Positions 1 through 13,439 are shown, counted from the whole stretch's first letter. The stretch: 61,654 bases of DNA, filler included, from Platydemus manokwari (GCA_037951405.1; 5 parts of 5 records of this genome joined end to end with filler, not necessarily neighbours in it), one strand, 5' to 3'. Notes: a model not told the origin generated them from the sequence alone. Made by a program: numbers and translations.

Positions 1-650
1 CAATTTTGGTTATAAATCTAAAATTGAATTTTATGTAAAAATTTCATTAAAAAATCATTACAAATAAATTTTAATATAAAAAAACTCACGAAAAGTCATT
101 ACTTTAAAATTGGGTCAAAGGACCCTTTTTCTTAACTTAAGCCGAAGTTTGGATTTCGATTGCATATTTCGAAATATTTTTATATTGAGCCTTACGACAT
201 TAACTAATACTCAAAACCGTACGAGGCGATTAATAAATCAATCGATAAGGTTCAAACTATAATCCTAGTTCGTTTATTGAATTCACACAAGTTAGTGGTT
301 TTACATCCAGATGTGCTTAGATACTGGTTTTAGTTTAATAAAAGATTAAGAATTCTTAGATTTATGAAATAATTTTGTTAAAATTTGATCGTCAATATAT
401 TGTACCGGTTTTTATATTGAAAGATTTATATTTATTATTTAATGAAGTGTTCGTAAAAATTAAAATATGGACTTTTCATATTGTTCTCAGAATATTATCA
501 AACAACGAAGAAAAATTTTGTATACATTTTATGACAGTGACTAGCGAATGTGCATTTTTTATGTAATGTAGTAGATTCTTTCGGAAATAGTGAATAAGAA
601 AGAATATTTTTATTGTTTATACATATATGTAATTTACATAATTTATTCAG

Positions 651-934
651 CAAATCCCGATTATAAAACTTTAATTCGAAGAACTTCTGTTAAGTATAGA
701 TCTTCTTGTCCCATCTGGGATGAACCATTTGTTTTTTATATACCTGAACAAAGTGACTTTAGAAAATTGAATTTACAAATTAAAGTATTTCACAAATTAA
801 AAAAAGGAAAATCTCTGATTGGTAGTATTGACTTTCCTTCGGATCCAGGTTCAAGTTCATTTAGTCAGTGGCAAATGATGATCAAAAATCAGGGAGAATC
901 TGTATCAGAATGGCATGCTCTCAAACATTCTTAG
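651..934 (+). CDS. 3' terminal exon of a C2-domain (synaptotagmin-like, C2B-type) protein; upstream exons not identified
   Basis: Acceptor atttattcAG ends at 650. Translation RRTSVKYRSSCPIWDEPFVFYIPEQ..LNLQIKVFH..IGSIDF..QWQMMIKNQGESVSEWHALK matches the C2B pattern (kT.vk..t.nP.wnEsF.F.ip..ig.......W..M...p...i..WH.L). Stop TAG at 932-934, with AATAAA near 995. Confidence 0.8.
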
Positions 935-2025
935 CGAATTTATTTAGCATTTTTTATAAATTTATATTTTTTTATAATTTACTTATTTTTGAAAAATAAA
1001 TTTCGTTTTGATTATTTTATTGATTTTATTTTATTTATAATGAAAAAGTTAATAAAATTTGAAAAATAAAGTTGAATAACTTAGTCAGTACGTCGGCAAA
1101 TGCTTCATTAATATTTTGTACAATATTTTCTAACTCGGGCAACATGGTAAAAATTAGATGAACAAATTTTGAAAAGTAAATTATCTTTCGACTGATTTTT
1201 AGAGCACCGCAACTCTATACTTATAAACCAATCTCCCTATTTTCAGATGAAACACAGTAACAAAATTGACAAGTTAAATAAATCATAATTACTTTAATTT
1301 AATGAAAAACTTAAAATTTACCAAAAAGCTACCGAGTATCAAATTTTTGAAGAATTTAGACAGATAATCCAGAAAATTATTGCATTTGCGAATATTTGTT
1401 ATCATTTTTCAAACTGATTCACAGTCGGTGACAGCCATTAAAATTTTATTGATCAATTATATATTATTTGTATTTTATTTAATTCTTGTCAATCCAAATT
1501 TGTATTCGTTATTAGAATATTTAATCTGAAAGAACATGTACAATTTTAAAAACACTTATAATTTATTAATTAAATTATTTTAAAATGATTACGTTTTGTG
1601 TATTCGTTTGAAATTGGAACTTTTTCTATAGATGTAATGTTTTACAGAAGTCACTCTGTATTCCAAATTTAAACTTCATAACAAATTGTTACAATTATTA
1701 CTGAATGAAAATCTTCATTTTTTAAGAAATAATATAAAGAAACACCCATTTCTTAATTTTTGAAAACTTTTTTCTTAAGCAATTTTTAATATAAACACTT
1801 TCATTCTTAGAACAGACAGTCATAGTGAGTAAAAATATTTGTAAGAGTTTATTTTTAACATTGAAATTTTTGAGTGCATAATACATTAATTTTATTTGAG
1901 TACAATTTTGACAACAAGTTACATAATTAATTGAATTATCAAGATTTGAAAATAATCGAATATCATCATTCAGTATTAACTGGGCTTAAATTACTAAAAG
2001 GGGTAGATTGATATATGTATTATTT

Positions 2026-2100
2026 AATTTTATAATTCAGGTTTAAGTATATTCTTCTAAAATTTTATAATTCAGGTTTAAGTATATTCTTCTAAAATTT
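2026..2100. repeat. 35-bp tandem duplication
   Basis: aattttataattcaggtttaagtatattcttctaa occurs at 2026-2060 and again at 2061-2095. Confidence 0.9.
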
Positions 2101-2999
2101 GATCGCTAAAATTTATTTTAATAAATATTTTTTAAATTTTGATGAAAAATGTATGTATTACTTATATTTCCAACGTTCTTCATAATTTTGGCAGTGAATG
2201 TCACTGCTAGTGATGAAAACCCAGACGAGGTAGGTAAATTGTAAAACCTCCTTAAATGTATAAATGAGATTCGATCTTGGCTATTTACAGCCAAATATTA
2301 AATAATGTATCAAATGTCAGTTTTATTTTTATCTTGTAATTGCTGCATTTAGGGTTATCATACTATGTCTTGGACTTGAATTACAAAGCAATTGTCATAT
2401 CAACAAATGTTGTATTTTAACAGATTTTTAGTTTTATTTTTAGAAAATCTTTTATCTTCTTATGTTAAACGATTTACTCATTGAGTTTCTTAGATGACAC
2501 TTTTGTGAAGCCCCTGTGTTAGTTAAAATACTTAGGATGTCGAATAAGGACAGAACATAAATGTTAAACCAAGTTATTATTTTAATCACAACACTTTACA
2601 CCCATGACATATTTTTTATATGATTATTTTCATTTGAAAAACATCTTCACACGATATGCAATGAATATGCAATGCAGTTTTATTTTGGGACACTCGTTCA
2701 ATAATATATAGCTCTTTTAATGTCTCTAATAATGTTAAAACGAGGACTTCGTCTCTAGAATTGTCCTGAAACTACCAGCACGGAAACTCCCTATGCTGTT
2801 GAATTAATTCACCATAAAAGATAATGACATTATCATTATATATACAATCAGAATATGAAGAATGCAATAAACCATTTAACTGTACTATTACAGATCTACA
2901 ATTACAATAATTGAAAACAAAATTATTCTTTATTTTTAAAATTTATTATATTTATTATATTATTTATTATTTAAAATAATTTTCTTTGAAGTCATTATT

Positions 3000-4620
3000 T
3001 AAAATTATTATCAGTTAATTTAAATTAATGTTCACAGTCTACAATGAAAAAATTCCTACAATAATTCTAGAAAAGCACTATCGCAACCTGAGAGTGAACT
3101 TCTCTTTGAAGTTATATAATACACTGACATAGAAACTTTGACGAATAAACTGGGAAAATGCATTTTACTGTCATGGCAGAAGCTAAGGGCCTCTGAGTTA
3201 TTTGTACAGACCAAAGTGACTTTCTACATGGGGAATTTCTAAATCACTTATAGTAGACTACTCCAGTTCGATGTGATGATAAGAAAATATCTGTAAAAAA
3301 TCTTGGCGCACCGAAATTTTGATAATCGAATTACTTCTACTCAAAGAAGTCAAATGGTGGTTGTGAACTACGATGCATGACGGAGGAGTACACAATACAA
3401 TTCGTCACTTACACTTATCATTTATTAATGAGCAAGAATGAATTGATTAAGATGACAGTCATACACTCTTTGTACAATAGTACTGAAATGAATAACCAAG
3501 CTTCGACAATTGAGGGAGCATTAGAATGTGTCAATTCGCATATTATACTAAATGAAAAGGACAAAACATGATGGAGCAACATAAGATATAACATTAAATA
3601 TGCCTCCAGGAAAATATATACCATTCTTATAAAGATCGAGATAATGCACAAAGTTCGATAAAATTTAACAATCAATAGTTCGCCTAACGAAAGGAACGTC
3701 ATAGTGAGACCAAAGAAAATCAAAGCAACACAAAAACTGATGAGACAATGTTTTATGTGATCTTACCAATCAAACTGGACTAATAGAATCAGAAAAGATC
3801 ACTATAATAGCTACTCAGGAGCTATTATTCCAAAGTAGTCAAAAGTAGTTTATAATAGGCATCTAACTCTTGCTAAATCCAGATTTATTCATAAGGCCAG
3901 GACAGAAAACCTTGTCACTTTGAATAAAAAAGTTCTAGGGGTTGATGGCTTGGAGAAAATGCTTATATGAAGTGTAATCACAAACGCACGTTTTCACCTG
4001 ATGCAAACCATCCAACTCTTTTGTACTCTATCGCAACTAAAGAATTATGAATATACTGGCCAAGGAAATTGTTAACAATACGGATTACATATTCTTTGTA
4101 GAAAAATACTGTCAATTTACTGAGTCCAAATTAAGGTTGAATCTTCAACAAATAAATTATCGAAAACCCATGATCGTCTTAGTTGATATAAAATGCCCCA
4201 TGGGCGAACTTGCTTTAATGGCCGAAACAGCTAAAAAAATATAGAAAAATACTCAGATGTCCAAGATGTGATGAAAAGAGCTGCTCAACTGGACTGTAGA
4301 ACGAGTCACTTTTGTTGTTGGGGTTCTGAGAACTTGGCAAACACAGACCAGTAATACCGTCCTAAATAAATTAGGGATTTATATGAAAATGATAAATAAA
4401 ATAGCTCCTCCTTGAATTAAGTCGAAAATGAATTCAAAATATCTGTAATGGAGGTTCCACTCAAGAATGGGGACAGCAACAAAGACAGTTTTAAAAATAA
4501 TGGAAGAGGATATTCCAGACATCATTGACAGGAAGGCGGATACAGAATTGATTGAATGATTGAACTAGCAAACTGTGATTCATGGATCGATTGAAAGAAA
4601 GAACCATGTACATCCCATAT
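3000..4620 (+). mobile_element. heavily decayed 3' half of an RLE-endonuclease non-LTR retrotransposon (R5/NeSL-like)
   Basis: Broken frames give NYFYSKKSNGGCELRCMTEEYTIQFVTYTYHLLMSK, which aligns with NCYLYVSSEKGGAGLRDLYDEYNLQQIVRAFKLLNSR at 43.6 kb. Further matches are RFIHKARTENL (cf. FIHKAKTNTF), a CCHC remnant near 3960-4010, and RLE motifs IVLVDIKCP and FVVGVLRTW. Boundaries approximate. Confidence 0.75.
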
Positions 4621-6769
4621 TTTAATGTTTAATTATGTTTATGAACAAATATTTGTAATAGTGTGCCACTATGCCTGAATATACCTTTGTATTGTTTATG
4701 TCCCATTTTATTGTTAGTCGCTGAAATTTCTTTTTTAAAAAATTCAAATCAAAAGTTATGTTTTCAACACAACAAAATATCTTTATTTTCAATACTTCAA
4801 TTTTCAACAATTTTTAAAATATTTAAAATTTATTCCCATCTGATTTGTCTTCTTTTTTAAATTCAAATAAAATTATGTAGTGTTCGATATAGAATATTAT
4901 TATTATTTGTACAATATTAAAAGTATTTAAAATGTAAATAATCATGGTTTTTGACAAAAAATTATTGGAAATATGAATCGATAAATAAAAAAAAATAAAA
5001 TAAATTGAATAAAATGTATCAGTAAGTAACATAAGTAAATGAATTTTGAAATAGTCTAGAGGTTTTAAATAATGCTAAAGTTGCCCTTCACATTCTTGAT
5101 TTAAAGAAGTCAATTGTAATCAGCTGAATAGAGAGACACCTCGTGGAAAAATGAAACAGAGAGATGTGAATTTGAGTTGTCTTAGCGAATTAAAGAGACT
5201 CAAATTATGAAAATATATGAATTAGATGTAAAAATAAAATTTTTCTTATCATTTTGCTTGGTAGATAATTTGAACAATGTAGGGATAATAAAATTGAAAA
5301 TACTTGCTAATAACATTACTTAGTAAAAATATAATTGCATTTCTTCTTGAAGAAAAATTATTTGACTTAAGATAATGTAATAATATGATTTGTCTTGGAT
5401 GATAATTAATAGCTTTCAACAAGAACAATAAATTTCCTATTAGAATTAAATGTAAATAATGAATATAGGTGCTTGTTTATTATATTTTCGAGGTCACATG
5501 TCCCATTAGTGTGTAATAATTTGCTATCATATTTTGTGACTTGATATCATCATTTATGGAATTTTAAAATTTGATTTTCATAATATTTTATTTAAATATT
5601 TGTAATTACAATATAATTTGGTGTCGTGACTTTTCAGTGTACTATCGATGTATGCTTTTTTAAATAGAAGAGGCCTACATTGACTTTGAGGTCGTTCAAA
5701 CAATATAATATAAAAAGATTTTTGTGTTTTAAAAGGAGTTCTATGTTTTATTTAATTTTAAAATTATTTTTTGTAGTTACTTTTATATTTAAATTGAAAT
5801 TTTTTATTTTAAATAAGTTTTATGTTTTAATTTTTCATCGTCATATAAGTCCTCACAATTTTTCTATATTTAGTTACATTGTATGTTTTTCACATTTTTT
5901 ACTTAAATATATTTTTTAATCCTAAATTAAAAGTGTCAATCTATCTGTAGATGATTTGTAGATACGTATCTTATTGTATTGTGACCACGTTGGACTGATT
6001 TTCATGTGCACCTATTTATTTTGATTAATTTATTTATCATAACATGATCTCTACTGGTGAGTTGTACTTCACAGTTTCTCCACAACACTTCAATGATCCA
6101 TCAGGTTAGTCTTAAAAACTTCAATGATCTTCTCAAAATAATCTTGTGCTAACAATTAGCAAATGCAAGGCTCTGATTTGCACTTAACTTTTACATCTTT
6201 TTGGGAATGCTTGGTAGTTTAATTTTCGTCGTCATGCCAGTATTAAATTTCCTTGTTTGCTAGATAAATTTATCTGATTTTACACTGTTTGATTTCTATT
6301 TTCAATTGCTTTTGGGTCCTGGAAATCTTACTTGCCTTACATTATTTTATGTTTAGCTTATGTTTCTTTTTCCAGGAGTAGCATATTTAACAAAATTATT
6401 TAAATAACATTTTATATTTTTATAAATCTTTAAATTTTAATTTATTTAACAATTCCCAATATTATTTAAAATTTCATAAAAATGAACATTTAAGTATGTA
6501 AAATAAATGTTCATCACAGCAAAGATAAAAAGTAAGATAAATGTTTATTACTGAATTGGCATTAGCTGTCAAATGTTATTCTAAGAATGGGCACGATTAA
6601 GTTGGGATTAGAATTGTTGAATAAAACATTGGATTGATGTTTGAATTAGATTTTGGGATTTGAAAATGTTGAAAGGACGGTTGAGTATTTGCTGCTGTTG
6701 ACTGATAATTATCAGAAAAATATTGATGTCAGTATTAAAGATAATTCAGTTAATCAATGAAAAATTACT

Positions 6770-7255
6770 TTAAAAATATTATTGGGATTCTCCTGAACAA
6801 TTAACTAATCGTTGACTTCAAAACAAGAAGGCTAAAATTGTTTTTCAACTGCGCGCTACTCAGTACGACTTACGAAATGAATACACTCAACATTCTTCTC
6901 AAAATCTAAACAAAACCAGGCTTCAGACTGACGGTTGGCCATCTTTACATCGATATTTATATTCGAAATCTGTGTGTAATTTGTTGTGCCATGTTGTATC
7001 ACATTTTGATTCGGTCTTCGCTTTTTCATGTTCCTATTGGGCTTTTAAGTTTTTTCATGAATGGGATTGGTCGGGTGTGTTGTTGTGTGACTATGTCTGG
7101 TTTTCCAATTATTGTTTACCATCTAACTCTGCTTTGATTGGCTGGTTGCTCAGCCTGTAGGGTTGAGTAGTTATACAAATGTTTAAAGTACTTAAACAAG
7201 GGTTCCAAGATGCAAAAATCGTTTTTCTTTTGCAGAATTTCATCTCACTCAACAA
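6770..7255. repeat. dispersed repeat of unknown class, copy 1 (homologous to 39840-40295)
   Basis: Shares colinear blocks with 39.8-40.3 kb: cagtacgactt, gttggccatcttta, tatttatattcga, gtatcacattttgattc, aaatgtttaaagt(a/g)cttaaacaagggttccaag, tttcttttgcag. Confidence 0.8.
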
Positions 7256-8544
7256 TGTTTTAAACCATGAAAAATTGTTTGATTGCTTTTTAATGGAAAA
7301 TTGATAAGAATATTGTTTACAGAATTATGACAAGAATATTTTTGGTTGTTTATTGGTAGGTCCTCTTCAACATTTAATCTTCAATGGAATCTAATCAAAA
7401 TGAATGTAGTAAAAAGACATTCATCAATAATCACACTTTTATTTAAAACATCCATAATGCTTGACTTATTGGAAATTAAAGCAAAGATTATTAATAATAT
7501 CTAACTAATGTCAATATAGAATATAGTGTATTGATTTTCGTACAAGAATTGATGCTAGTTATCTTGTGTAAAAAAATTAAATAATCAATAATTTATCAAT
7601 ATAAAATTTTAAACCAATAAATCCAAAAAATAAATAAACATCACACCACATTAAAAATAAATATTACTAATAATTAATACTTGTTATGTCCGATTGTTCT
7701 TGATTTATTTGGCTCGTTTCAATGGACGATAACTTAAATGATCTTAATTAATTCTTAGTACTTTGAATTAACTATATTTCTATACTAATGTTTTGATCAG
7801 TATGGATTTCAAGAAATTGTCGAGTTGATGATAGGTTTAATCAATGTGATTGAAAATTTTTTGAGTAATTCTCTGAAAATTGGCTTAAGTATTTAAAATA
7901 TGATGAGGTAATCCCTAGATTATGTTGAGGTGAAGGTTGAGAAGATTTATAACGGATACAAGAAAGGAGTTGAAAAGAAGAGACGAGTTTCATAACATAT
8001 AAGTATGGTTTAAGAAATCCCAAAAAGTTGTAAAGTAGTAAAATTTTCAACATGTAGTTTCATTATTCAAAAATTTGAACATCTGTTTCAAAATCATCTA
8101 TGCATTTAGAGTGCTTAGTAAGGATTTTGTTTAATTTGATTTTGTTTAACTGTATGTAGTCCAAAGGCGTTTCTAGAAATGGTATTTGTATTGAATGATA
8201 TGATGATAATAATGGTATGATGTTGTGGGGTTTTGATTTTGATGGTTATTGAATTATTTGGCGCGATGAAATCTAAAGTCACCGGTCCTAGCGGCTTCAA
8301 TACCTGGTATTGAAGACCAAGATGTCGGAAAATAAATTTAATATGTTAAACTGAAGCACAGAGAATGCGTTGGCTCTCTGGGCCTAAACAAAATGATGCG
8401 AGATTTCAAGTTTTTCAGCTATTATTTATAATCAAGAACAAATTATAGGTTATTAAAATAATTATTTAGGAAAATGAAAGCTAACAATTAGTTAAAAAAT
8501 CAACAACAAAATTTGAGCAAATACCTCGTACCTCGCCTCAGCGA

Positions 8545-9337
8545 TTAACGAGAAATCCGGTATCGGATGGAAAATTAATAATGATGCGGAGAATAAATAT
8601 TAATAGCTTATATATTAATGATTATCACTATTATTACAGAAGTTTAAAATTTAAGTAAAGTTAATTAATAAATGAACGAATGATAATCAAACACAAGAAT
8701 TTAACCCTTGCTACTTTCGTGTAATCGTTCGCTGGGGTACTGATTCGAATGTTCTTTCGATTACTCCAACTGTAACGAGATAACAAGTGATGATAATTCC
8801 TGACAAGGTACAAGTCGAGAATGTTTCACCTTCGATTTTCTTCGTCACCTTTTGGATCCGCTTCGCTCTAATTTGATTGATTCTCTTCACCAGCTTTCGT
8901 AAGATAATTGTGATAGTTAATCCTCGTGCTGATTATCGTCGCAATAACTGTAGTCGCTGATTATAGTTTAGCTGCTATGAATATAGATTATCTGTGGTTA
9001 GTTATGGTGGTGGTATCACGATCAGCGCCGTTATTTATATTCGCTGATCGCGTCCACCCACTTGTATGGCTCTTCATGACGATCATTTTTTGATGAATTT
9101 TTCACACGTTTTGTGTGAATAATTAATGATTTTATTGTACTTTATAATTACTTTTATTCTGTTTATTATTACTCTTTTACCTAGCTTTTTATTGTTTATT
9201 ATTATTATTATTTATTATAGTCACCTCAATATTAATTATTATTTATTCAACTTTTTATTTTTTTATCATTGATTAATTTTATTATTTATTTGTTTTTATC
9301 TTTCTACGCATCCTTATTATTTACCGGATTTTTTACA
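8545..9337. mobile_element. candidate non-autonomous element with imperfect terminal inverted repeats
   Basis: The left end (aaatccggta..aataatgatgcggagaa) resembles the reverse complement of the right end (aaatccggtaaataataaggatgcgtagaa). There is an internal hairpin at 9019-9050. No clear TSD. Confidence 0.4.
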
Positions 9338-9524
9338 TAAACAGAAAATAAAACCGATTGAATAATATTGAATAATAAAATACTAGTAACACAATAATGA
9401 AAATAAAAGCGTTACAAACAATATTAAAACACACAACAGTCTATTAAGAGCAAAAGATAAGTGTTATAAGCAAATCAGTTTTATTGTTAAAATCAACTCC
9501 GATTTAATGTTTATTTTGGAGATT

Positions 9525-9790
9525 ATACTGTTGACAGAGATTGTATTGTTGACTGAGATTGTATTGTTGACTGTTATTGACGGCTTGCAGCAGCTCAGTC
9601 CACACTTCAGGGAATATTTTAAGATGTATATTTAGTGATCTTTATGGAGTTTTTATATATCAATTCTATGTAGCGTGCATTTATTGTAAGACATGATATC
9701 TGTATGGAGTTTATTTATACGGAGTTTAGGGAGTTTTTATATAGTTTTGGAGTTTAGGGGGTTTTTATATAGTTTTATGTAGCGTGCTAT
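9525..9790. repeat. compound short tandem repeats
   Basis: About 3 copies of ttgttgac(a/t)gagattgta, several copies of ggagttt(aggg)..tttttatatag, and tatgtagcgtgc twice. Confidence 0.7.
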
Positions 9791-11022
9791 CCCAACATTT
9801 GTTTTAAATCAGATATTCTGAAAATCGAATGAGATTCTTGCATGTACACTTAATTCAGGTTTATGTTCTTGAATACGCTTTTAAATTGCCATCTTAAAAC
9901 CCTGGCATTTTCTGTTTAAAGTAAGCTGATTTTTAATTCAGATTTCCATCAGTTCATTATTAAATTTTAAATAGTATGTACGTTTTCCCCCTTATTTTAT
10001 ATTAAGTGAAGTACAAGTAGAAATAATAAATTAGCTGATTATTTAGATTTAATGGTTGTAATGACTTTGTTAGATACCAACAAAAGCTGAATATTCAAAA
10101 ATGTAATTACAATCCCAGAGTTACACTTTAAAAGCATTTTGTCAATATTCATACAATTAATCATACTCACAAAACAAAGCTAGTAATCAATTCATAATGG
10201 GATCAGCACCACAAAGATAAAACAGTGTTCAAAATAAAGATTATAAATATTGGCCGCCATAACAATCCCACAAAAGCATAACGCAGATAGAGAGATACCA
10301 ACCATGAAAGACTGACAGCTATTTTCAAGATCTAATCATTTTTAAAGACCTGCTTTGTCCGTTACCATATTTCTTCTAGACTAATCTCATTTTTCCATAG
10401 TCTGTTAGACTTTTTTCTTAATTTTTGATTCGAAGATCTCTCTTCCCAATCTTACGCCATTGGTGTGTTTCTATGTTTATGATTTTCTTTAAATTGGAGT
10501 CCAGTTAAACATTTTATTTAGAAGATATCCAAATAGATAATAATTTTTTGATAATTGTTTGTAAAAAACAATTTTAGTTATTGAAAGTAATTTATTAACT
10601 CAAAATTAAGTAACTTAGTAATTAATAAGTTCCAAACTTATATACGATCATGTAGATATGGCTTGATTGAATGGTTAATATTAAATACAATTTGTAATAA
10701 TGGGTTTTGAAATAGTAAGATAAGCAAATTTCTAAATTTCTAAAATATAACTTTTTTTAACCACTTATTCTTTAGTTATAATTTAGAATGTTTAAAATAT
10801 GTAATTTATTTATTATTTTAAAACATTTTTATTTTGTTTTTAACTGATAATTTGAATATTTTTATAATAAAAGTAGTTCAAAGGTTTAAATATGTTTAAT
10901 TCAATTAATAATCATATTAATATGATATTGTTTAGTTAAATTACAATTTTAGTTATACTGATAGTATATAAATTAGTCAATAAATTTAGAATTTTTTAAT
11001 TAGATATTATAATTACCTAAAT

Positions 11023-12005
11023 ATGATGCAATATATTATTTTCATTTTGCCGATAATTAGACTTTGTTTTTCTTGCGAAGATTATAATAAAATCAGTTTT
11101 CTCCCTCCTTTTGACGATTTAAAAACTATTCAAGCGAATATAGGTGAAAATATTACTCTAGCTTGTTGTCATCCAGATAGTAAAAGTTTACGGTGGGAAA
11201 ACAAAAATGGAATTATCAAAGAAGCTGAAAATTTTATACTCCTCAATGATGATAAGAAACGTTTAATATTAAAAATCGTTAAAATAGCTGATGAAATGAA
11301 CGATGTATACAGTTGTATAAATGCGAAACGTGGTATATCAAGATCAATTTCAATCGTTTTTAAAAAGAGATCTTTTGCTCCTGAAATTGTTAAAATGGAA
11401 AAGATTTTACCTAAACTCGACAAAGTAAAAATTGAATGCCCTCTGAAACAAAGACAAACTTTAAAATCGTGGAGATTTACTGAGGGTAATAGAAATCACG
11501 TGAAATACAAAGCAGAAAAAGCTAAATATTTCGAAATTAGTGATAATAATTTGAATTTTACTATCAAAATGAATACTGGTGCCGAACCGATTAAAATGCT
11601 TTGGTGTGAATATCAAGAAGTTAATCAAAAAGGAGTATTTAATATTTAATTATAATATTTTTTTTTGGAATATTTATTATTTTTTGTTCAGGACGTCTTT
11701 AGTGGTTTTTATGAAATGAATTTGATTTTCTATGATCCTATCAATGTGGCTATCAAAATGGAAAATGAAGGACCAGTTTTGGAAAGCCATGACGTAATTT
11801 TGATTTGCACTTTCAATGTTTTCCCACAACAAGTTGTCAATTTCCCGTACAACAACATCAAGTCGACATTTATTATCGATACCAAGCACGGTCTAGTTAA
11901 TCTGACCATACCGAAAATTACGAAAGATCTTGAAAACGAATATCTGTGCAAAGTGACGAATTTTCTGAGTCACGTTCCTTTCAAAATTGCTGAAGAAACA
12001 GCCAA
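11023..12005 (+). CDS. signal peptide plus three Ig-like domains (FGFR/FGFRL-like ectodomain or IgCAM); exons 11023-11634 and 11692-12005 (or stop at 12009)
   Basis: The N-terminus is hydrophobic. Ig motifs: GENITLAC..LRW..L.LK....D...DVYSC; KIECP...SW...LWCEY; VILICTF...NLTIPKITKDLENEYLCKVTN. A 57-bp phase-0 GT..AG intron (11635-11691) joins the two ORFs in frame. A possible further donor gtaat lies at 12006, just before an N gap. Confidence 0.75.
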
Positions 12006-12273
12006 GTAATATTGATAATTGTTCAATAGATTATAATAATAATATTATCNNNNNNNNNNNNNNNNNNNNNNNNNNNNNNNNNNNNNNNNNNNNNNNNNNN
12101 NNNNNNNNNNNNNNNNNNNNNNNNNNNNNNNNNNNNNNNNNNNNNNNNNNNNNNNNNNNNNNNNNNNNNNNNNNNNNNNNNNTTATCAATATTGCTATTA
12201 TTATTATTAATATTATTATTATCATTATTATTACCATTATTATTATTAATAAGAATATTGTTTTTATTAATAT

Positions 12274-12373
12274 NNNNNNNNNNNNNNNNNNNNNNNNNNN
12301 NNNNNNNNNNNNNNNNNTTAATTAATTAANNNNNNNNNNNNNNNNNNNNNNNNNNNNNNNNNNNNNNNNNNNN
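12274..12373. other. artificial assembly spacer N44-TTAATTAATTAA-N44
   Basis: The identical 100-bp structure occurs four times in the window; the core places stop codons in all six frames. Confidence 0.95.
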
Positions 12374-13400
12374 GATCTATTTTCTTGTTATCTACCGATT
12401 CAACCTCACTGACAAAATGTATACGACGGAGTTGTTGTGGTCTTTTTGATCTTCTACCTCGTGCTAATGCAAATGGATCAAATTGCTCTTGGATATCGTC
12501 CAGAATACATAAAATTCTACCTTCTACTCTGTGTCTAGTATATCGTATTAAATGACATGATCTGAAATGATGGCCTTCTTGTCCGCATATTAAACATTTG
12601 TGCCTTAGGGGGCACTGACTTCTGTAGTATCCGCTTTCTCCACAGCAGAAGCAATTGTCTCCGCGCAATCGCAGATACCTCGACACTTATTGTAAAGATT
12701 CTTGGCCATGTATTTCATTGAATACACTGGTCTCTCTCTACCTGAAGTGAACTTCTGTTCTGAAACTATTGGTTTGGGGTTTTGTGTTCTGATAGAATGG
12801 GGGTGGTTTATAATTACTGGACTCGTTGCTTTCTTTTTTGTACTGGTTATTCCACCGGTTGCTTCTTCCAGTTTTTAGCGCTTGAGCATAGCTGTCTCTA
12901 CGAATTGTATTGACTGCATGGGAATCTCGTTGCTCACTTTGTTCTCGATTCTCGAACACCTTTTTAGCACTCCTAACTTCTATGATATCCATGTCTGGTT
13001 TCAGGACAAGAGTATCTTTTAATTCATTCGATATTGGTCACTTGCTGATTATATCTTTGACTATGGAATCTTGTTTCAATCCAGAAATTCATCACCGCCT
13101 CAATCAATCCATGAGCTCTTATCTCGAAAGTGGCACACCGTTCTCTCTCTGATTGTTCGACAATCATATCCATTATTAATTTTTCGATTGTAAATGTATC
13201 TTCAAACCACGATTTAGATAGCACAACTGTGGTATCTTCCGATTTAAAATTTTTCCACAAAATGCCTGCTTTGACTGGAAGCAACAAATCAAATGTGCTG
13301 ATCAGGCTGAAACTATTAATTAATAACCACTCCTCTATATCTTGCATCCACTTTGCAGCCTCGTTTAAATTCTTCCCATCAAATTTTAGAATATTGCTTG
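12374..13400 (-). pseudogene. interrupted Ty3/gypsy-type gag with two CCHC zinc knuckles, truncated at the contig end
   Basis: Minus ORFs at 13024-13347, 12738-12992 and 12374-12686. Knuckles are CFCCGESGYYRSQC (degenerate) and CLICGQEGHHFRSC. The ORFs lie directly downstream of a PBS and LTR. Confidence 0.8.
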
Positions 13401-13427
13401 TTCCTTATTATTGCATTTATTTGTATG

Positions 13428-13439
13428 GCGTGGTCACCA
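13428..13439 (-). promoter_or_regulatory. primer-binding site, probably tRNA-Arg
   Basis: The minus strand reads TGGTGACCACG, complementary to a tRNA 3' end CGTGGTC-A-CCA (the GACCACG acceptor stem is typical of eukaryotic tRNA-Arg). It overlaps the LTR end by 1 nt. Confidence 0.7.

Noticed and set aside
2026-2100. 35-bp repeat of CRISPR-like length
   Set aside because: Only two adjacent copies, no spacer, no cas genes, and a eukaryotic context.
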